DNA from: an uncultured Thermoleophilia bacterium
GTDB taxonomy: Bacteria > Actinomycetota > Thermoleophilia > UBA2241
Assembly (NCBI GenBank): GCA_963715985.1
Contig: CAVQSP010000010.1
Location: 224,001 to 288,000 of the forward strand
Length of the DNA stretch: 64,000 bases
Direction: 5' to 3'
Positions within the stretch are counted from its first letter, which is position 1. Each line of letters begins with the position of its first letter. The position numbers and the translations under genes were made by a program. Under the pieces are notes generated by a model. It was not told the origin of the DNA. It did not search any database and saw only the letters and a program-made list of their open reading frames with translations. This document shows positions 1-10,842 of the stretch, piece after piece.

Positions 1-486
1 GGCGGTGACCTGGTAGGCGCCGCCGGAATACGTGACCGTGGCGGTGACCCCTCCGGCGATGGCGAGCGAGCCGCCGCTGCCCGTGGCGGTGTACTCCTGC
101 GGGCAGCTGACCTTGACCGAGCTCAGCCCGCTGCGCAGGCGCACGCGCACGTCGTTGTTGGCGGCGTCGCCGAAGTCGATGCCGGTGTAGTAGTGCTTGA
201 GGATCGCCTTGAAGTCCCGGCCGTGCTTGGCGTACCCGTAGGCGCCCCACTGCGACATGCCGATCCCGTGCCCCCAGCCGTGGCCGGAGATGCGGAAGGA
301 GGCGTCCGTGGTGTATGCGGACGCCGCCCCCGCAGCGGCGAGCAGGACGAGCGCCGCGAGCACCCCGGCCAGGGACGCCGCCGTGCGCCGCCCCAAGCGC
401 CTCGACACCCCGCGCCTCACGCGCGTGCCGCGCGCCGGGGCTGCGGCGCCGTGGGGTCGGAGAGGTGTGGGGGAAGGTGGGTCCAT
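1..486 (-). CDS. SpoIID/LytB domain-containing secreted protein (5' part; runs off the window)
   Basis: Manual translation from ATG 486: signal-like segment, then FRISGHGWGHGIGMSQWGAYGYAKHG...AILKHYY, the SpoIID/LytB signature. Not in the ORF track because it is truncated. Confidence 0.8.
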   Translation of the reverse strand, partial: MDPPSPTPLRPHGAAAPARGTRVRRGVSRRLGRRTAASLAGVLAALVLLAAAGAASAYTTDASFRISGHGWGHGIGMSQWGAYGYAKHGRDFKAILKHYYTGIDFGDAANNDVRVRLRSGLSSVKVSCPQEYTATGSGGSLAIAGGVTATVTYSGGAYQVTA

Positions 487-762
487 GGTGGTGTGGGCAT
501 CAGGTGCAGCCTCGAATCAGGATACGCGGCCCCTGCCGGCGGGGCAAACGCGGTGCTCTCTCGACCTCTGCTTCGGGCGGCGGCCTCGTTCTCCTCCGCC
601 ACGGGCCGCAGGCCACCGTGTCCGGCCGCCGCCCCGTGCGCAAGGAACGCGCCCGGCGGGCCGTTTCTTGCGAGACGTGCTACCCTCTAACGCTCGACAT
701 GAGGAACGAGGCGGCCCGCGGCGAAAGCTCTTCTGGGGCCGCCCTCGCGGTCCCCGGGGCGC

Positions 763-789
763 TCACGCTCTCCGGCGGATCGCCGATAG
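763..789 (+). promoter_or_regulatory. Putative sigma-28/WhiG-type promoter
   Basis: TCAC-N15-GCCGATAG just upstream of RBS GGAG and ATG 803; resembles the TAAA-N15-GCCGATAA consensus. Confidence 0.35.
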
Positions 790-802
790 CAGGATCGGAG
801 CC

Positions 803-2023
803 ATGACCAGACTCCCCCACAGATCCCTCCTCTGCACCCTCGTCGCCCTCGCGCGTGCTGGCGCTCGGCCTCGCGGGCGCGCAGGCCGTGGCGGCCGGCG
901 CAGAAGTACAAGGACGTGCCCAAGACCCACTGGGCGCTACGCCGCCATCGAGGCCGTCACCGAGCGCGGCCCTGAGGGCCACAAGGTGCTGGACGACTAC
1001 GGCGACCTCTTCAAGCCGGAGGAGCCCATCACCCGCGAACTGCTCGCCCGCTCGCTCGTGCTCGCGTCCGGCAACTACGGCGAGGACCTCAAGCCCGTGG
1101 CGGTCAAGGACGTCGGCAAGAACGAGCGGTACTACGACGTCATCCAGGTGGCCCTGAAGCACGGCTACATGAAGCTCGACGACGAGGGCGACTTCCGGCC
1201 GCAGGAGCCTGTCCCCGCCTACCAGGCGGAGGCGGCCGTCATCCGCTGGCTGCAGGAGAAGTACTCGTCGTCGGACTGGTCGCTGCTCAGGACACTGCGG
1301 CCCGCCGAGTGGCAGCCCAACGAAGGCTGGACCACCGAGGCGCCCATCTACCTGCCCTACATCGTCGCCTCCCGCCAGCTGGAGCTGCGGTACAACCACC
1401 CGTCGGGCGGCGACGCCCACGAGGTCACGCCGCTGCAGCCCATCGACCGCGCCGAGGTCGCCTACATGTTCTCGCGCGCCTACGCCGTCGGCGGCGACTG
1501 GCAGCTCTACGGCCTTGCCGACTACCGGAAGATCACCTTTCCCGTGCTCAGCGACCGCCAGAAGCAGATCGTGCGCTTCGCGCTGAAGTACATCGGCTAC
1601 CCGTACATCTGGGCCGGGGAGTACCCCTCCAAGCAGTCGCCGTACGGCGTCCAGGACGCCGGCGGCTTCGACTGCTCGGGCTTCGTCTTCTACGTGATGA
1701 AGATGCACTTCGAGTACCCCATCACGGTCAACGAGCGCGGCGCGCACGACATGGCCGAGCGCGCCAAGCCGCGCATCACCCGCAAAGCGCTGCAGTGCGG
1801 CGACCTCATCTTCTTCGGGCCCAAGGGGCCCAAGTCCAAGGTGGAGACCATCTACCACGCCGGCCTGTACCTGGGGAACGGCTGGTTCATCCACTCCACG
1901 GGCTCGACTGACGGGGTCATGCTCAACTCGCTGGACGCCTCCAGCTACTACAAGAAGTACTTCGCCTGGGGCCGGCGCGTGCTCACGGCGGACGAGCTGC
2001 CGCCGCCCGCGGACGGCTCGTGA
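803..2023 (+). CDS. SLH-domain NlpC/P60 cell-wall peptidase (indels near N-terminus)
   Basis: GYPYIWAG...GGFDCSGFV...GDLIFF...YHAGLYLGNGWFIHS is the NlpC/P60 pattern. SLH-like motifs KYKDVPKTHW (alternate frame), FKPEEPITR and FRPQEPV. Confidence 0.85.
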   Translation: MTRLPHRSLLCTLVALARAGARPRGRAGRGGRRRSTRTCPRPTGRYAAIEAVTERGPEGHKVLDDYGDLFKPEEPITRELLARSLVLASGNYGEDLKPVAVKDVGKNERYYDVIQVALKHGYMKLDDEGDFRPQEPVPAYQAEAAVIRWLQEKYSSSDWSLLRTLRPAEWQPNEGWTTEAPIYLPYIVASRQLELRYNHPSGGDAHEVTPLQPIDRAEVAYMFSRAYAVGGDWQLYGLADYRKITFPVLSDRQKQIVRFALKYIGYPYIWAGEYPSKQSPYGVQDAGGFDCSGFVFYVMKMHFEYPITVNERGAHDMAERAKPRITRKALQCGDLIFFGPKGPKSKVETIYHAGLYLGNGWFIHSTGSTDGVMLNSLDASSYYKKYFAWGRRVLTADELPPPADGS

Positions 2024-2106
2024 CGCTCGCCGTCGCCTGCCGACCCGTCATCTGACGCCGCCGGGTCCTGCCGGTTTCGAGTGCGCTTGCGCTACAATGC
2101 CGGGTC

Positions 2107-2913
2107 ATGAAGGCCGTCCGACTCGCTCTCCTGCCGGCGCTGCTCATCGCGCTGCTGGCCGCCGCCGCGGCGCCGGGCGCTGCGGTATCGCCGCGCGAGA
2201 CGCCTCCGCCGGTTCCCGAGACCTCGTCGCCGTCCCCATCGCCCTCTCCCGTTATCCCGCGGGTATCGCTCACGGCGCCGCGCAGCCTGTGGCTCGGCGC
2301 TCAGGTCACGCTGACCGTGCGCGTCACGCCGGCGCTGCCGGGCGCTTCTGTGGCGGTGGAGAGCCGCCGGGACGGGGTGTGGACGCAGGTGGCCCCCGCC
2401 ACGCTCGACACCGGCTCCCAGGCCTCGCTGCCGTGGCGCCCGGAGGCGTTCGGCTACGTGCGCCTGCGCGCGAGCGTGACGGCAGGTCCGGGCAACGCCG
2501 CCGCGGTGTCCCCTTCGCGGCGCGTCATCGTGAACCGGCCCAACAGGCATCACGTGCCGTACCGCTTCGCGCACTACATCGTGACGGTGGTGCACGAGTA
2601 CAAGCTCTACTACTACGAGCACGGGGAGATGGTGCGCTGGTTCACCGTGGCCCTGGGGCGGCCGGGGTATCGCACGCCGATCGGCACCTTCCGCATCTTC
2701 GGCAAGCGCAAGCCCGCCGGCGGGGCTCTGGGGGCGTGCGCGATGTTCTACAGACGCGAAGGCGGCATCGCCATCCACGGCACCGACCAGCCGGGGCTGC
2801 TGCGCCGCTTTCCCCGGCCCTTCTCCCACGGGTGCTCGCGCATGTACAACAGCCAGGCCCTGTGGCTGTACGAGCGCGTGCCCAAGGGGACGACCGTTCG
2901 CAACATCCGCTGA
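2107..2913 (+). CDS. L,D-transpeptidase (YkuD family), secreted
   Basis: Signal peptide; TPIGTFRI and IHGT...SHGCSRM catalytic motif. TACAAT -10 lies 8 nt before the ATG (leaderless). Confidence 0.9.
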   Translation: MKAVRLALLPALLIALLAAAAAPGAAVSPRETPPPVPETSSPSPSPSPVIPRVSLTAPRSLWLGAQVTLTVRVTPALPGASVAVESRRDGVWTQVAPATLDTGSQASLPWRPEAFGYVRLRASVTAGPGNAAAVSPSRRVIVNRPNRHHVPYRFAHYIVTVVHEYKLYYYEHGEMVRWFTVALGRPGYRTPIGTFRIFGKRKPAGGALGACAMFYRREGGIAIHGTDQPGLLRRFPRPFSHGCSRMYNSQALWLYERVPKGTTVRNIR

Positions 2914-2994
2914 GCGCGGCCGGCATGCCGCGTCTGGCCGCCGGGCTCGCCGGTGCCGTAGACTCGGTCCAGTGAAACGCCCCCGGGGGGTCCT

Positions 2995-4059
2995 GTGCGC
3001 ACGCTGTTGAAGTCCTCAGCTCTCGTCCTGGTCACGCTCTGCGTCGCCATCGTCGCGGCATCCGCGCTCCCCGCCGTGGCGGTTGCGGCCCCCGCACGCG
3101 CCTCCGCTCCCTTGCGGGATCCCGGTCTCACGCTCGAGGTCGCCCCGGCGTCGCTGCAGTACGGGGACACCGCGAGGCTGGTCGCCCATGTGGAGGTGCC
3201 CGGCGCTTCTCTGCGCCTGAGCCGCGCCTACGCCGGCGACGGCGTGTTCGTGCCGGTGGGGACGCTGGTCGCGGACGGAAGCGGCAATGCGGCGTGGACG
3301 GAGTCGCCGGCGTACAGCGCGATCTACCGCGTGGAGTTCGCAGGGGACGGCACGTGGGCCGCGGCGACCGCGGAGGCGGCGGTCACGGTACGGGCCAGGG
3401 TCTCATTCTCCACGTCCGCCGGATCAAAGGTGGACATCGGCGACCGCGTCACCGTCAAGGTGTCGGTCGCGCCCGTGATCTCGGCCGGCGGCGTCGACGT
3501 GCAGGAGTGGAGCGAGGAGGCCGGGTCGTGGGACACGCTCGCGACACTCACCCTGGACGCACAAGCGCGGGCGCAGTGGGTGTGGCGGCCCCAGGACACG
3601 GGCCGTCACCGCCTGCGCGCCCGCCTCGCGGCCTCCGCGTCCTCACCGGTGGCCGTCAGCGGTGTGAGGAGCGTGCGCGTGTACGACTCCAGCGACCCCT
3701 ACGGGGTGCCGGATTCGTACCCGCACCTCATCCTCGTGGACCTCTCCCAATACAAGCTCTACTACTACGAGCACGGGCGCGTGATCCGCGTGTTCGACTG
3801 CGTGCTGGGGCGCCCCTCACTGCCCACGCCGCGCGGGCACTTCCGCATCTACGCCAAGGACCCCGACATGTACGGCGCTTACGGCCCGCGCCGCCTGCGC
3901 TATCTGGGCGCCTACGCCGTCCACGGCACCAACGAGCCCTGGCTGCTGAACCGCTGGCCACGCAACTACTCGCACGGCTGCACGCGGCTCTCCAACGAGC
4001 ACATCCTCTGGCTGTACGACCGCGTGCACGTGGGGACGCCGGTCTGGAACGTGCCCTGA
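2995..4059 (+). CDS. L,D-transpeptidase (YkuD family) with N-terminal beta-rich domains
   Basis: Signal peptide; TPRGHFRI and VHGT...SHGCTRL. Confidence 0.9.
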   Translation: MRTLLKSSALVLVTLCVAIVAASALPAVAVAAPARASAPLRDPGLTLEVAPASLQYGDTARLVAHVEVPGASLRLSRAYAGDGVFVPVGTLVADGSGNAAWTESPAYSAIYRVEFAGDGTWAAATAEAAVTVRARVSFSTSAGSKVDIGDRVTVKVSVAPVISAGGVDVQEWSEEAGSWDTLATLTLDAQARAQWVWRPQDTGRHRLRARLAASASSPVAVSGVRSVRVYDSSDPYGVPDSYPHLILVDLSQYKLYYYEHGRVIRVFDCVLGRPSLPTPRGHFRIYAKDPDMYGAYGPRRLRYLGAYAVHGTNEPWLLNRWPRNYSHGCTRLSNEHILWLYDRVHVGTPVWNVP

Positions 4060-4145
4060 CGGGCCGGTGGCCGGCGTCGGCCCCTGGGGCGCCGCCCAGG
4101 CTTTGGGCGCCGGCCTGAGCGACGGAGGCGCCTTGGCCCCCGCGT

Positions 4146-4619
4146 TCACCCCGCGGCGCCGGTCATCCACCCCGGCAGGGCCGGCGGGTGCCCGGGGTCC
4201 CACGCAAGCATCATGCCGGGACCGCCGTCCGGCCGCGGCGTGAAGCCCCAGCGCTCGTAGAACCCCGCGCGTCCCACGGCTGCCATCAGGCCGATGGTCG
4301 CGTCGCGGGCCGCGTGCTCGCGCAGGTAGCCCCAGACCTCGGCCATCACGAGGTCGCCGACGCCCCGCCGCTGGTGGGCCGGGTCGACGATCATGTCCTG
4401 CAGGTAGAAGTAGATGCCGCCGTCGCCCACCACCCGTCCGCAGGCGACCAGCTGACCGGCCATCGTCACGACGACGCCGAAGAGCGAGGCTGCGAGGCCG
4501 CGTGCCACGGCGTCGTCGTCCTCGGGAAGGCCGGTCCAGCCCACGGCGGCGTTGAGGGCGCGCAGCTCCGCCACGGTGGGCGGTCGCTCCTCGATGCGAT
4601 ACGGCTCGGGGGACACCAT
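4146..4619 (-). CDS. GNAT family N-acetyltransferase
   Basis: VDPAHQRRGVG acetyl-CoA motif and FYERWGF; ATG 4619 overlaps the rfbB stop. Confidence 0.85.
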   Translation of the reverse strand: MVSPEPYRIEERPPTVAELRALNAAVGWTGLPEDDDAVARGLAASLFGVVVTMAGQLVACGRVVGDGGIYFYLQDMIVDPAHQRRGVGDLVMAEVWGYLREHAARDATIGLMAAVGRAGFYERWGFTPRPDGGPGMMLAWDPGHPPALPGWMTGAAG

Positions 4620-5677
4620 CACGGACCTCCTGGAGTGGTGGGTCGCCGGGTCTCCTGGGTGCTGTCGAGCCCCGTCCCGCCGAGCCCCGCGTACTGCCGG
4701 GCGTAGTACTCGTGCCACTCGCCCGACTTGAGCCGCCGCCACCAGGCAGGGTTGTCGCGGTACCAGGACACGGTGCGTTCCAGGCCGGCGTCGAACGACG
4801 TCTCGGGGTGCCAGCCCAGCGCCCTGAGCTTGGCGCAGTCGATGGCGTAGCGGCGGTCGTGCCCCGGGCGGTCGGCCACGTAGCGGATGAGCTCCTCGCT
4901 CTTGCCGAGCAGCTCGAGGATGCGGTGCGTGAGCGCGAGGTTCTGCACCTCGTTGCCGCCGCCGATGTTGTAGACCTGCCCGGGGATACCCTCGCGCAGC
5001 ACGAGGTCGATGCCGGCGCAGTTGTCGTCCACGTGGAGCCAGTCGCGCACGTTGAGGCCGTCGCCGTACACCGGAAGCTGCAGGTCGTCGATGGCGTTGG
5101 TGATGAACAGGGGGACGATCTTCTCCGGGTACTGGAAGGCGCCGTAGTTGTTGGAGCTGCGCGTGATGAGGACCGGCGTGCCGAAGGTGCGGTGGTAGGC
5201 GAGCACCAGCAGGTCGCCGCCGGCCTTGCTCGCCGAGTAGGGGCTGGAGGGGTCGAGGTCCGACTCCTCGGTGAAGGCGCCGCTCTCCGTGGAGCCGTAG
5301 ACCTCGTCGGTGCTGATCTGCAGGTAGCGCGGCACCTCGAGCTCGCGCACCGCTTCGAGCAGCGTGTGCGTGCCGAGCACGTCGGTGCGGATGAAGTCCT
5401 GGGGGCCGCTGATGGAGCGGTCCACGTGCGTCTCGGCGGCGAAGTTGACGACGGCGTCGGCGCCGCGCAGCGTCTCGCCGACCAGGGCCGCGTCGCAGAT
5501 GTCGCCGTGCACGAAGCTGTAGCGCCGGTCGTCCTCGACATCGCGCAGGTTCTCGAGGTTGCCGGCGTAGGTGAGCTTGTCGAGGTTGACGACCTCGAGG
5601 TCGTCGTGGCGGCGCAGCATGTAGCGCACGAAGTTGGAGCCGATGAACCCGGCGCCTCCGGTGACCACGAGTCTCAC
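4619..5677 (-). CDS. rfbB: dTDP-glucose 4,6-dehydratase
   Basis: VTGGAGFIGSNF, DKLTYAGN, AAETHVDRSI, STDEVYG, YSASK, DRPGHDRRY. Confidence 0.95.
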   Translation of the reverse strand: MRLVVTGGAGFIGSNFVRYMLRRHDDLEVVNLDKLTYAGNLENLRDVEDDRRYSFVHGDICDAALVGETLRGADAVVNFAAETHVDRSISGPQDFIRTDVLGTHTLLEAVRELEVPRYLQISTDEVYGSTESGAFTEESDLDPSSPYSASKAGGDLLVLAYHRTFGTPVLITRSSNNYGAFQYPEKIVPLFITNAIDDLQLPVYGDGLNVRDWLHVDDNCAGIDLVLREGIPGQVYNIGGGNEVQNLALTHRILELLGKSEELIRYVADRPGHDRRYAIDCAKLRALGWHPETSFDAGLERTVSWYRDNPAWWRRLKSGEWHEYYARQYAGLGGTGLDSTQETRRPTTPGGP

Positions 5678-5720
5678 GTCGTCCCTCCTTGCCCGCGGCG
5701 CCGGCCGCGGCGGTCGCCGC

Positions 5721-6564
5721 TCAGCCCAGAGGGATGAGCCTGTCCACGGCCTCGGCCGCGCCGTCCGCCCAGTGCGGCAGGTGCGGTATGGGCCGCTCGG
5801 TGACGAGCGCGGAGAAGGCCGGCCGCGGGGCCGGCCGGTCCAGCTCGGCCGTACTGATGGGCAGCACCTCGACGTCGATGCCGGCGAGCTGCACCACTTC
5901 CTGGGCCAGCTCGCACCACGAGCAGTAGCCGCCGCCGGCCATGTGGTACACGCCGGCCCCGACGCCCTGCCGCAGCGCCTCGTCGATGGCGCCGGCCAGG
6001 TGCGGCGCGTAGGTGGGCGAGCCGATCTGGTCGTCCACGACGCGGAGGGGCTCGCCGGCGGCGGCCTTCTCGGCGCGCCGCCTCGAGGATGGTCTTCACG
6101 AAGTTCCTGCCGGTCTCGCTGAACAGCCAGGAGGTACGCACCGAGATGCCGCGCGCCCACTCGAGCACCGCCTCCTCGCCGGCCAGTTTGGTGCGCGCGT
6201 ACACGCCGAGCGGGTTGGGAAGGTCGCTCTCCACGTACGGGCTGCCCTTGAGGCCGTCGAAGATGTAGTCGGTACTGATGTACACCAGCGTGGTGTGCGT
6301 GCCGCGCACCGCGCTGACAACGTTGCGCGTGCCTTGCACGTTGATCGCCTCGGCCAGGTCCGGGTGCGCCTCCGCCCCGTCCACGTCCGTGTAGGCGGCC
6401 GTGTGCAGCACGACGTCGGGGGCGAAGCCGTGCACGGCCGCGTACACGGCATCCGCGTCGCGGATGTCCAGCGCGGCCTCCCGGCTGAGAAAGACGTCGC
6501 CCTCGAGGATCTTCTCGAACGCCGTGGCGAGCTGGCCGCCGGCGCCGGTGACGAACCATCTCAC
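5721..6564 (-). CDS. rfbD: dTDP-4-dehydrorhamnose reductase (frameshifted)
   Basis: TGAGGQL, ISTDYIFDG and YARTKLAGE; continues in another frame with DQIGSPTY and APRPAFS. Confidence 0.9.
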
Positions 6565-7050
6565 CGCAGCTGCACGCCCCAGTCATAGTCGATGGCGGGC
6601 GTGTCGTGCGGCAGCTCGAGCTGATCGGGGTCGTCGTACTTGTACACCTCGGTCGGCGCGTTGACGATGTACGCCTCCTCCAGTGCTCACGCACTTCCAG
6701 CCGTGCCACAGGCCCGGCGGCACGCGCACCAGCAGCGGGTTGTGCTCGCCGAGGAAGAACTGGTCGATCTGCCCGGCCGTCGGCGATGCCGGCTGCCCGG
6801 GGGCCGCGGCCTCGCCCTTCACGCCGCGGCCGTCGAACAGAACGAGCTTGATCATGCCCTTGACGCAGACGATGTTGTCCCACTGCGCGTCGTGCAGGTG
6901 CCAGCCCTTGACCACCCCGGGGAACGTGGTGGTCATGTAGAACTGCCCGAACCGGATGAAGAGCTCATCGTCGTTGCGCAGGCACTCCATGAGGCGGCCG
7001 CGGTCGTCCGGGACCACCTTGAGCTTCTTGATCATCACGCCGTCGATCAT
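6561..7050 (-). CDS. rfbC: dTDP-4-dehydrorhamnose 3,5-epimerase family cupin (frameshifted)
   Basis: DDRGRLME, GVVKGWHLH and VPPGLWHGWK; located in the rml operon. Confidence 0.85.
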
Positions 7051-7064
7051 GCCGTTCTGCCTCC

Positions 7065-8129
7065 CTAGAGGATGCCGATCTGGCAGGAGTCGCCCACCAT
7101 GAAGCGGTAGGCCACGGGCCGCGCCTCGCTGTGGGCGATCACGCAGTCGCGGCCGATGAGGCTGTCCGACATGCGCGCCCCCAGGCGGCAGATGCGGCTG
7201 TTCTCGAGGATGATGGAGTGCTCGATCTCCGCGTGCTCCACGACGACCCCGTCGCTGATCGACGTGTAGGGTCCGACGAAGGTGTCGGAGAGGCGGCAGC
7301 CGGCGCCGATCACCACAGGCCCGCGCACCGTGCAGCGCTCGAGCACGCTGCCGGGGCCGACCTGCACCGGACCCTCGAGGGTGCTCTCCACGAGCTCTCC
7401 CTCGATGCGGCCCTCGATCGTGCTGAGGATGAGGCGGTTGGCCTCCAGCATGTCCTCGAGCTTGCCGGTGTCCTTCCACCAGCCGCTCACCACGTGCGGT
7501 TCCACGCGCAGGCCGCGGTCGATCATGTGCTGGATGGCGTCGGTGATCTCGAGCTCGCCGCGGGCCGAGGGGCGGATGGCCTTCACGCTCTCGAAGACGG
7601 CCGGCGTGAAGAGGTACACGCCGACCAGCGCCAGGTCGCTCCGCGGCTCGGCGGGCTTCTCCACGAGCCGCACGACGCGGCCCCCGTCGAGCTCGGCGAT
7701 GCCGTAGGACTTGGGGTCGCTCGACCTGCTGCAGGAGGATGAGCGCGTCGGGCGCACTCTCTTCGAACGTCGTGCACGAAGGGCGCGATGCCCTCCTTGA
7801 GCAGGTTGTCGCCGAGGTACATGACGAAGGGGCTGCCGGCGAGGAACGCCTCGCTGATGAGCACCGCGTGGGCGAGGCCGAGCGGCGCCTCCTGGGGCAG
7901 GTAGGTGACGGCGAGGCCGAAGCGGCTGCCGTCGCCCACGGCGGCCTCGATCTCGGCGCGCGTGTCGCCGACCACGATGCCGACCTCGTTCGATGCCGGC
8001 GGCGCGCATCGCCTCGAGGCCGTAGAAGAGCACGGGCTTGTTGGCCACCGGCACGAGCTGCTTGGCCGAGGTGTGGGTGATGGGGCGCAGGCGCGTGCCG
8101 GCGCCGCCGCTGAGGATGAGGCCTTTCAT
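7065..8129 (-). CDS. rfbA: Glucose-1-phosphate thymidylyltransferase, long form (compensating frameshifts)
   Basis: LSGGAGTRLRPIT, KQLVPVANKP, EKP, SARGELEITD and WWKDTG, plus a C-terminal hexapeptide region. Confidence 0.92.
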   Translation of the reverse strand: MKGLILSGGAGTRLRPITHTSAKQLVPVANKPVLFYGLEAMRAAGIERGRHRGRRHARRDRGRRGRRQPLRPRRHLPAPGGAARPRPRGAHQRGVPRRQPLRHVPRRQPAQGGHRALRARRSKRVRPTRSSSCSRSSDPKSYGIAELDGGRVVRLVEKPAEPRSDLALVGVYLFTPAVFESVKAIRPSARGELEITDAIQHMIDRGLRVEPHVVSGWWKDTGKLEDMLEANRLILSTIEGRIEGELVESTLEGPVQVGPGSVLERCTVRGPVVIGAGCRLSDTFVGPYTSISDGVVVEHAEIEHSIILENSRICRLGARMSDSLIGRDCVIAHSEARPVAYRFMVGDSCQIGIL

Positions 8130-8152
8130 GGGCGTTGTCGCCGGCGCGGGCC

Positions 8153-8429
8153 TCAGATGATCTCGTCGCCCGGGAGCTCCGCGTCCGTCTCCGTGGAGAG
8201 CAGGTCGAGCACGCGTGACTCGTCGACGGCCTTGCCGACGAACATCACGTTGGGCCCGGCGAACAGCGTCACGCGGGCGCCCACGGGCAGCGGCAGCGGC
8301 GCTCCGTCCAGGATGATGCTGGTGAGGGTGGAGTGCTCGACGTCGCGCTCCACCTCGCAGCTGTCGATGGCGAACGCCTCTGTGTCACCGAACTGCAGCC
8401 GCGGCTGCTTGTCTGCGCCCGATCTTCAT
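8153..8429 (-). CDS. Small hypothetical protein (~90 aa, probable indel near start)
   Basis: TGcTATACT lies 7 nt before ATG 8429; typical codon usage; track ORF 8153..8353 is the C-terminal part. Confidence 0.55.
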
Positions 8430-8479
8430 GCGCGTGAGTATAGCAGTGCACGGGCTTTATCGCGCCGTGGCGCGAGGGC

Positions 8480-8982
8480 TCAGGAGGCGAAGCGAGGTAG
8501 GGGCTGCCAGCTCTCGTGGACGTGGTCCACGTGCATGAAGACGAAGGACGCCGGCTCCGGCGGGCGCGGCTTGCGCATCAGGCTCAGGCCGACGACGTGC
8601 GGGGCGCTGTCGCCCTTCTTGCGGTTGCACGGGGCGCACGAGGTGACGAGGTTGTCCCAGGTGTCGGTGCCGCCCTTGGAGCGGGGCACGACGTGGTCCA
8701 CGGTGAGGTGCCGCTCGCTGCCGCAGTACTGGCAGCGGTGCCGGTCGCGGGCGAACACCGCGCGCCTCGAGATGCGCGCCGAGCCGCGGTGACGCGGCGC
8801 GTTGACGTAGGTGCGAAGGCGGATGACCAGGGGAGCTCGTGGGAGGCACGTTCGCTGCGGAAGGCCGCGCCCGACTGTTCGAGCACTTCTGCCTTGTCCT
8901 TGAAGAGGAGCACCAGCGCCCGCCGCACGCTGCACACGTTCAGCGGCTCGTAGGTCGTGTTGAAGACAAGCACCTTCCGCAT
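8480..8982 (-). CDS. HNH endonuclease (frameshifted)
   Basis: VLVFNTTYEPL start; RDRHRCQYCG...TVDHVVPRSKGG...WDNLVTSCAPCNRKKG. Confidence 0.9.
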
Positions 8983-9065
8983 GGCCGCCGATAGTAGCAG
9001 AAAGGTGCGCGATAGAGGGAGCCGGGCGGCGCGCGGCGGGCCCCGCGCTGTCGGTATACTGCCGT

Positions 9066-10448
9066 GTGGACCTCTTCTCGATCAGCGACGAGCAGGTCGC
9101 GGCCGAGGCGCCGCTGGCGGCGCGCATGCGGCCGCGCACACTGGCCGAGTTCGTGGGTCAGGAGCACATCGTCGGCGCCGGGCACGGTGCTGCGCGCCGC
9201 CATCGAGGGCGGCGAGCTGTTCAGCATGATCTTCTTCGGGCCGCCCGGGCTCGGGCAAGACCACCTTGGCGCGCCTCATCGCCGCCCAGACCGGCGCCCG
9301 ACTCGTGCAGCTCTCGGCGGTCAGTTCCGGCACCGCCGACGTGCGCGCCGCCATCCAGGGCGCGCGCGAGGCGCGCGCCCTCAGCGCGGCGCGCACGCTG
9401 CTCTTCATCGACGAGATCCACCGCTTCAACAAGGCCCAGCAGGACGCGCTTCTGCCGGCCATCGAGGACGCCGTGGTCACGCTGATCGGGGCGACCACGG
9501 AGAACCCGTTCTTCGAGGTGAACTCGGCGCTCCTCTCGCGCTGCCAGCTCTACCGCTTCGAGCAGCTGCCCGCCCGAACTCGTGGAGCGCGTGGTCCGGG
9601 CGCGCTGGACGACGCGGAGCGCGGCCTGGGCGGCCGGGGGGTGACCCTGGCCGAGGGCGGCCTCGCCTTTCTCGCGGAGATCTCGCGCGGCGACGCGCGC
9701 GTGGCGCTCAACGCCCTCGAGACCGCCTGGCGTTCGCGGGCCGCGGGGGCCAGGCGCGGTCTCGCCGCCGGCGCCGCCGGACGGCCGTCGCGCTCACGCT
9801 CGACGACCTTCGGGACGCGGCCCAGAAGAGCCCCGTGTCGTACGACCGCGAGGATGCGCACTACGACACCATCTCCGCCTTCATCAAGAGCATGCGCGGC
9901 AGCGACGCCGGACGCGGCCGTGTACTACCTGGCCTCGATGATCGCCGGCGGCGAGGACCCGCGCTTCATCGCGCGGCGCATGATCGTGTTCGCCAGCGAG
10001 GACGTGGGCAACGCCGACCCGCAGGCGCTGCAGGTGGCGGTCGCGGCCTCCCGCGCGGTCGAGTGGGTCGGCCTTCCGGAGTGCCGCATCAATCTGAGCC
10101 AGGCGGCCGCGTACCTGGCGCTGGCGCCCAAGAGCAACGCCTCGTACAAGGCGGTGGACGCGGCGCTCGAGGATGTGCGCCGGGAGGGCAACCTGGCGCC
10201 GCCGCCGCACCTGCGCGACGCGAACTACCGGGGCGGCGAAGCAGCTCGGGCACGGCGCCGGGTACCAGTACCCGCACGGCCACGGCGGCTGGGTGGAGCA
10301 GCAGTACCTGCCCGATCAGCTCTCAGGCCGCCGCTACTACGTGCCGATACGCGGAGTCGAGCGAGGAGATGGCGGCCCGCCTCGAACAAGACAAGCGGCG
10401 GGCCGCGGAACGACCCTCTCCACCGGCGGACGACGGAGCGCGGCATGA
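9066..10448 (+). CDS. rarA: Replication-associated recombination protein A (MgsA/RarA AAA+ ATPase; several indels)
   Basis: PLAARMRPRTL, FGPPG Walker A, FIDEIHRFNKAQQDALL, GATTENPFF, FIKSMRGSD, ASEDVGNADP, YQYPH. Confidence 0.92.
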
Positions 10449-10842
10449 GTAGCGTGTACGTGACCATCATCATCTTCCTGATCGTCGCGCTGGTCGCGCT
10501 CGCCATCGTATGGTGGTACGCGAGGCGCGTGAAGGACGATCTCGACGACTCCCCACGGCATCGTGGCCGGCGCCCGCGGCGTCATCGAGCTGCGGCCGGA
10601 GAGCGTCGCCCAGCTGCGTGCCCTGAGCGCGGAGCCCATCCTGCTCAAGCAGGGGGAGGACGGAGTGCGCGTGCAGATCGAGCACCGCCCGATGATGCCG
10701 CTCATGGCCTTCCTCGGCAAAGACGTCAGCTCGGCGCTGCAGGAGACGGCGGGTGAGGTGACGGAGCGCTACGGGGTCAAGTGGGTGGTGCTGGTGAGCG
10801 TTCGACGAGGACGGACGCGTGACGGTGCAGCGGCTCGCCTGA
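10445..10842 (+). CDS. Hypothetical membrane-anchored protein (frameshifted)
   Basis: ATGA overlap with rarA; N-terminal TM segment VTIIIFLIVALVALAIVWWY; continues in ORF 10563. Confidence 0.55.

Noticed and set aside
490-802. c-di-AMP or c-di-GMP riboswitch upstream of NlpC/P60
   Set aside because: GGCAAAC and GCGAAAGC are ~170 nt apart, and the ydaO consensus blocks are absent.
8480-8982. HNH as a defence system or homing element
   Set aside because: It is a stand-alone small HNH of a common chromosomal type, with no methylase, intron or mobile context.
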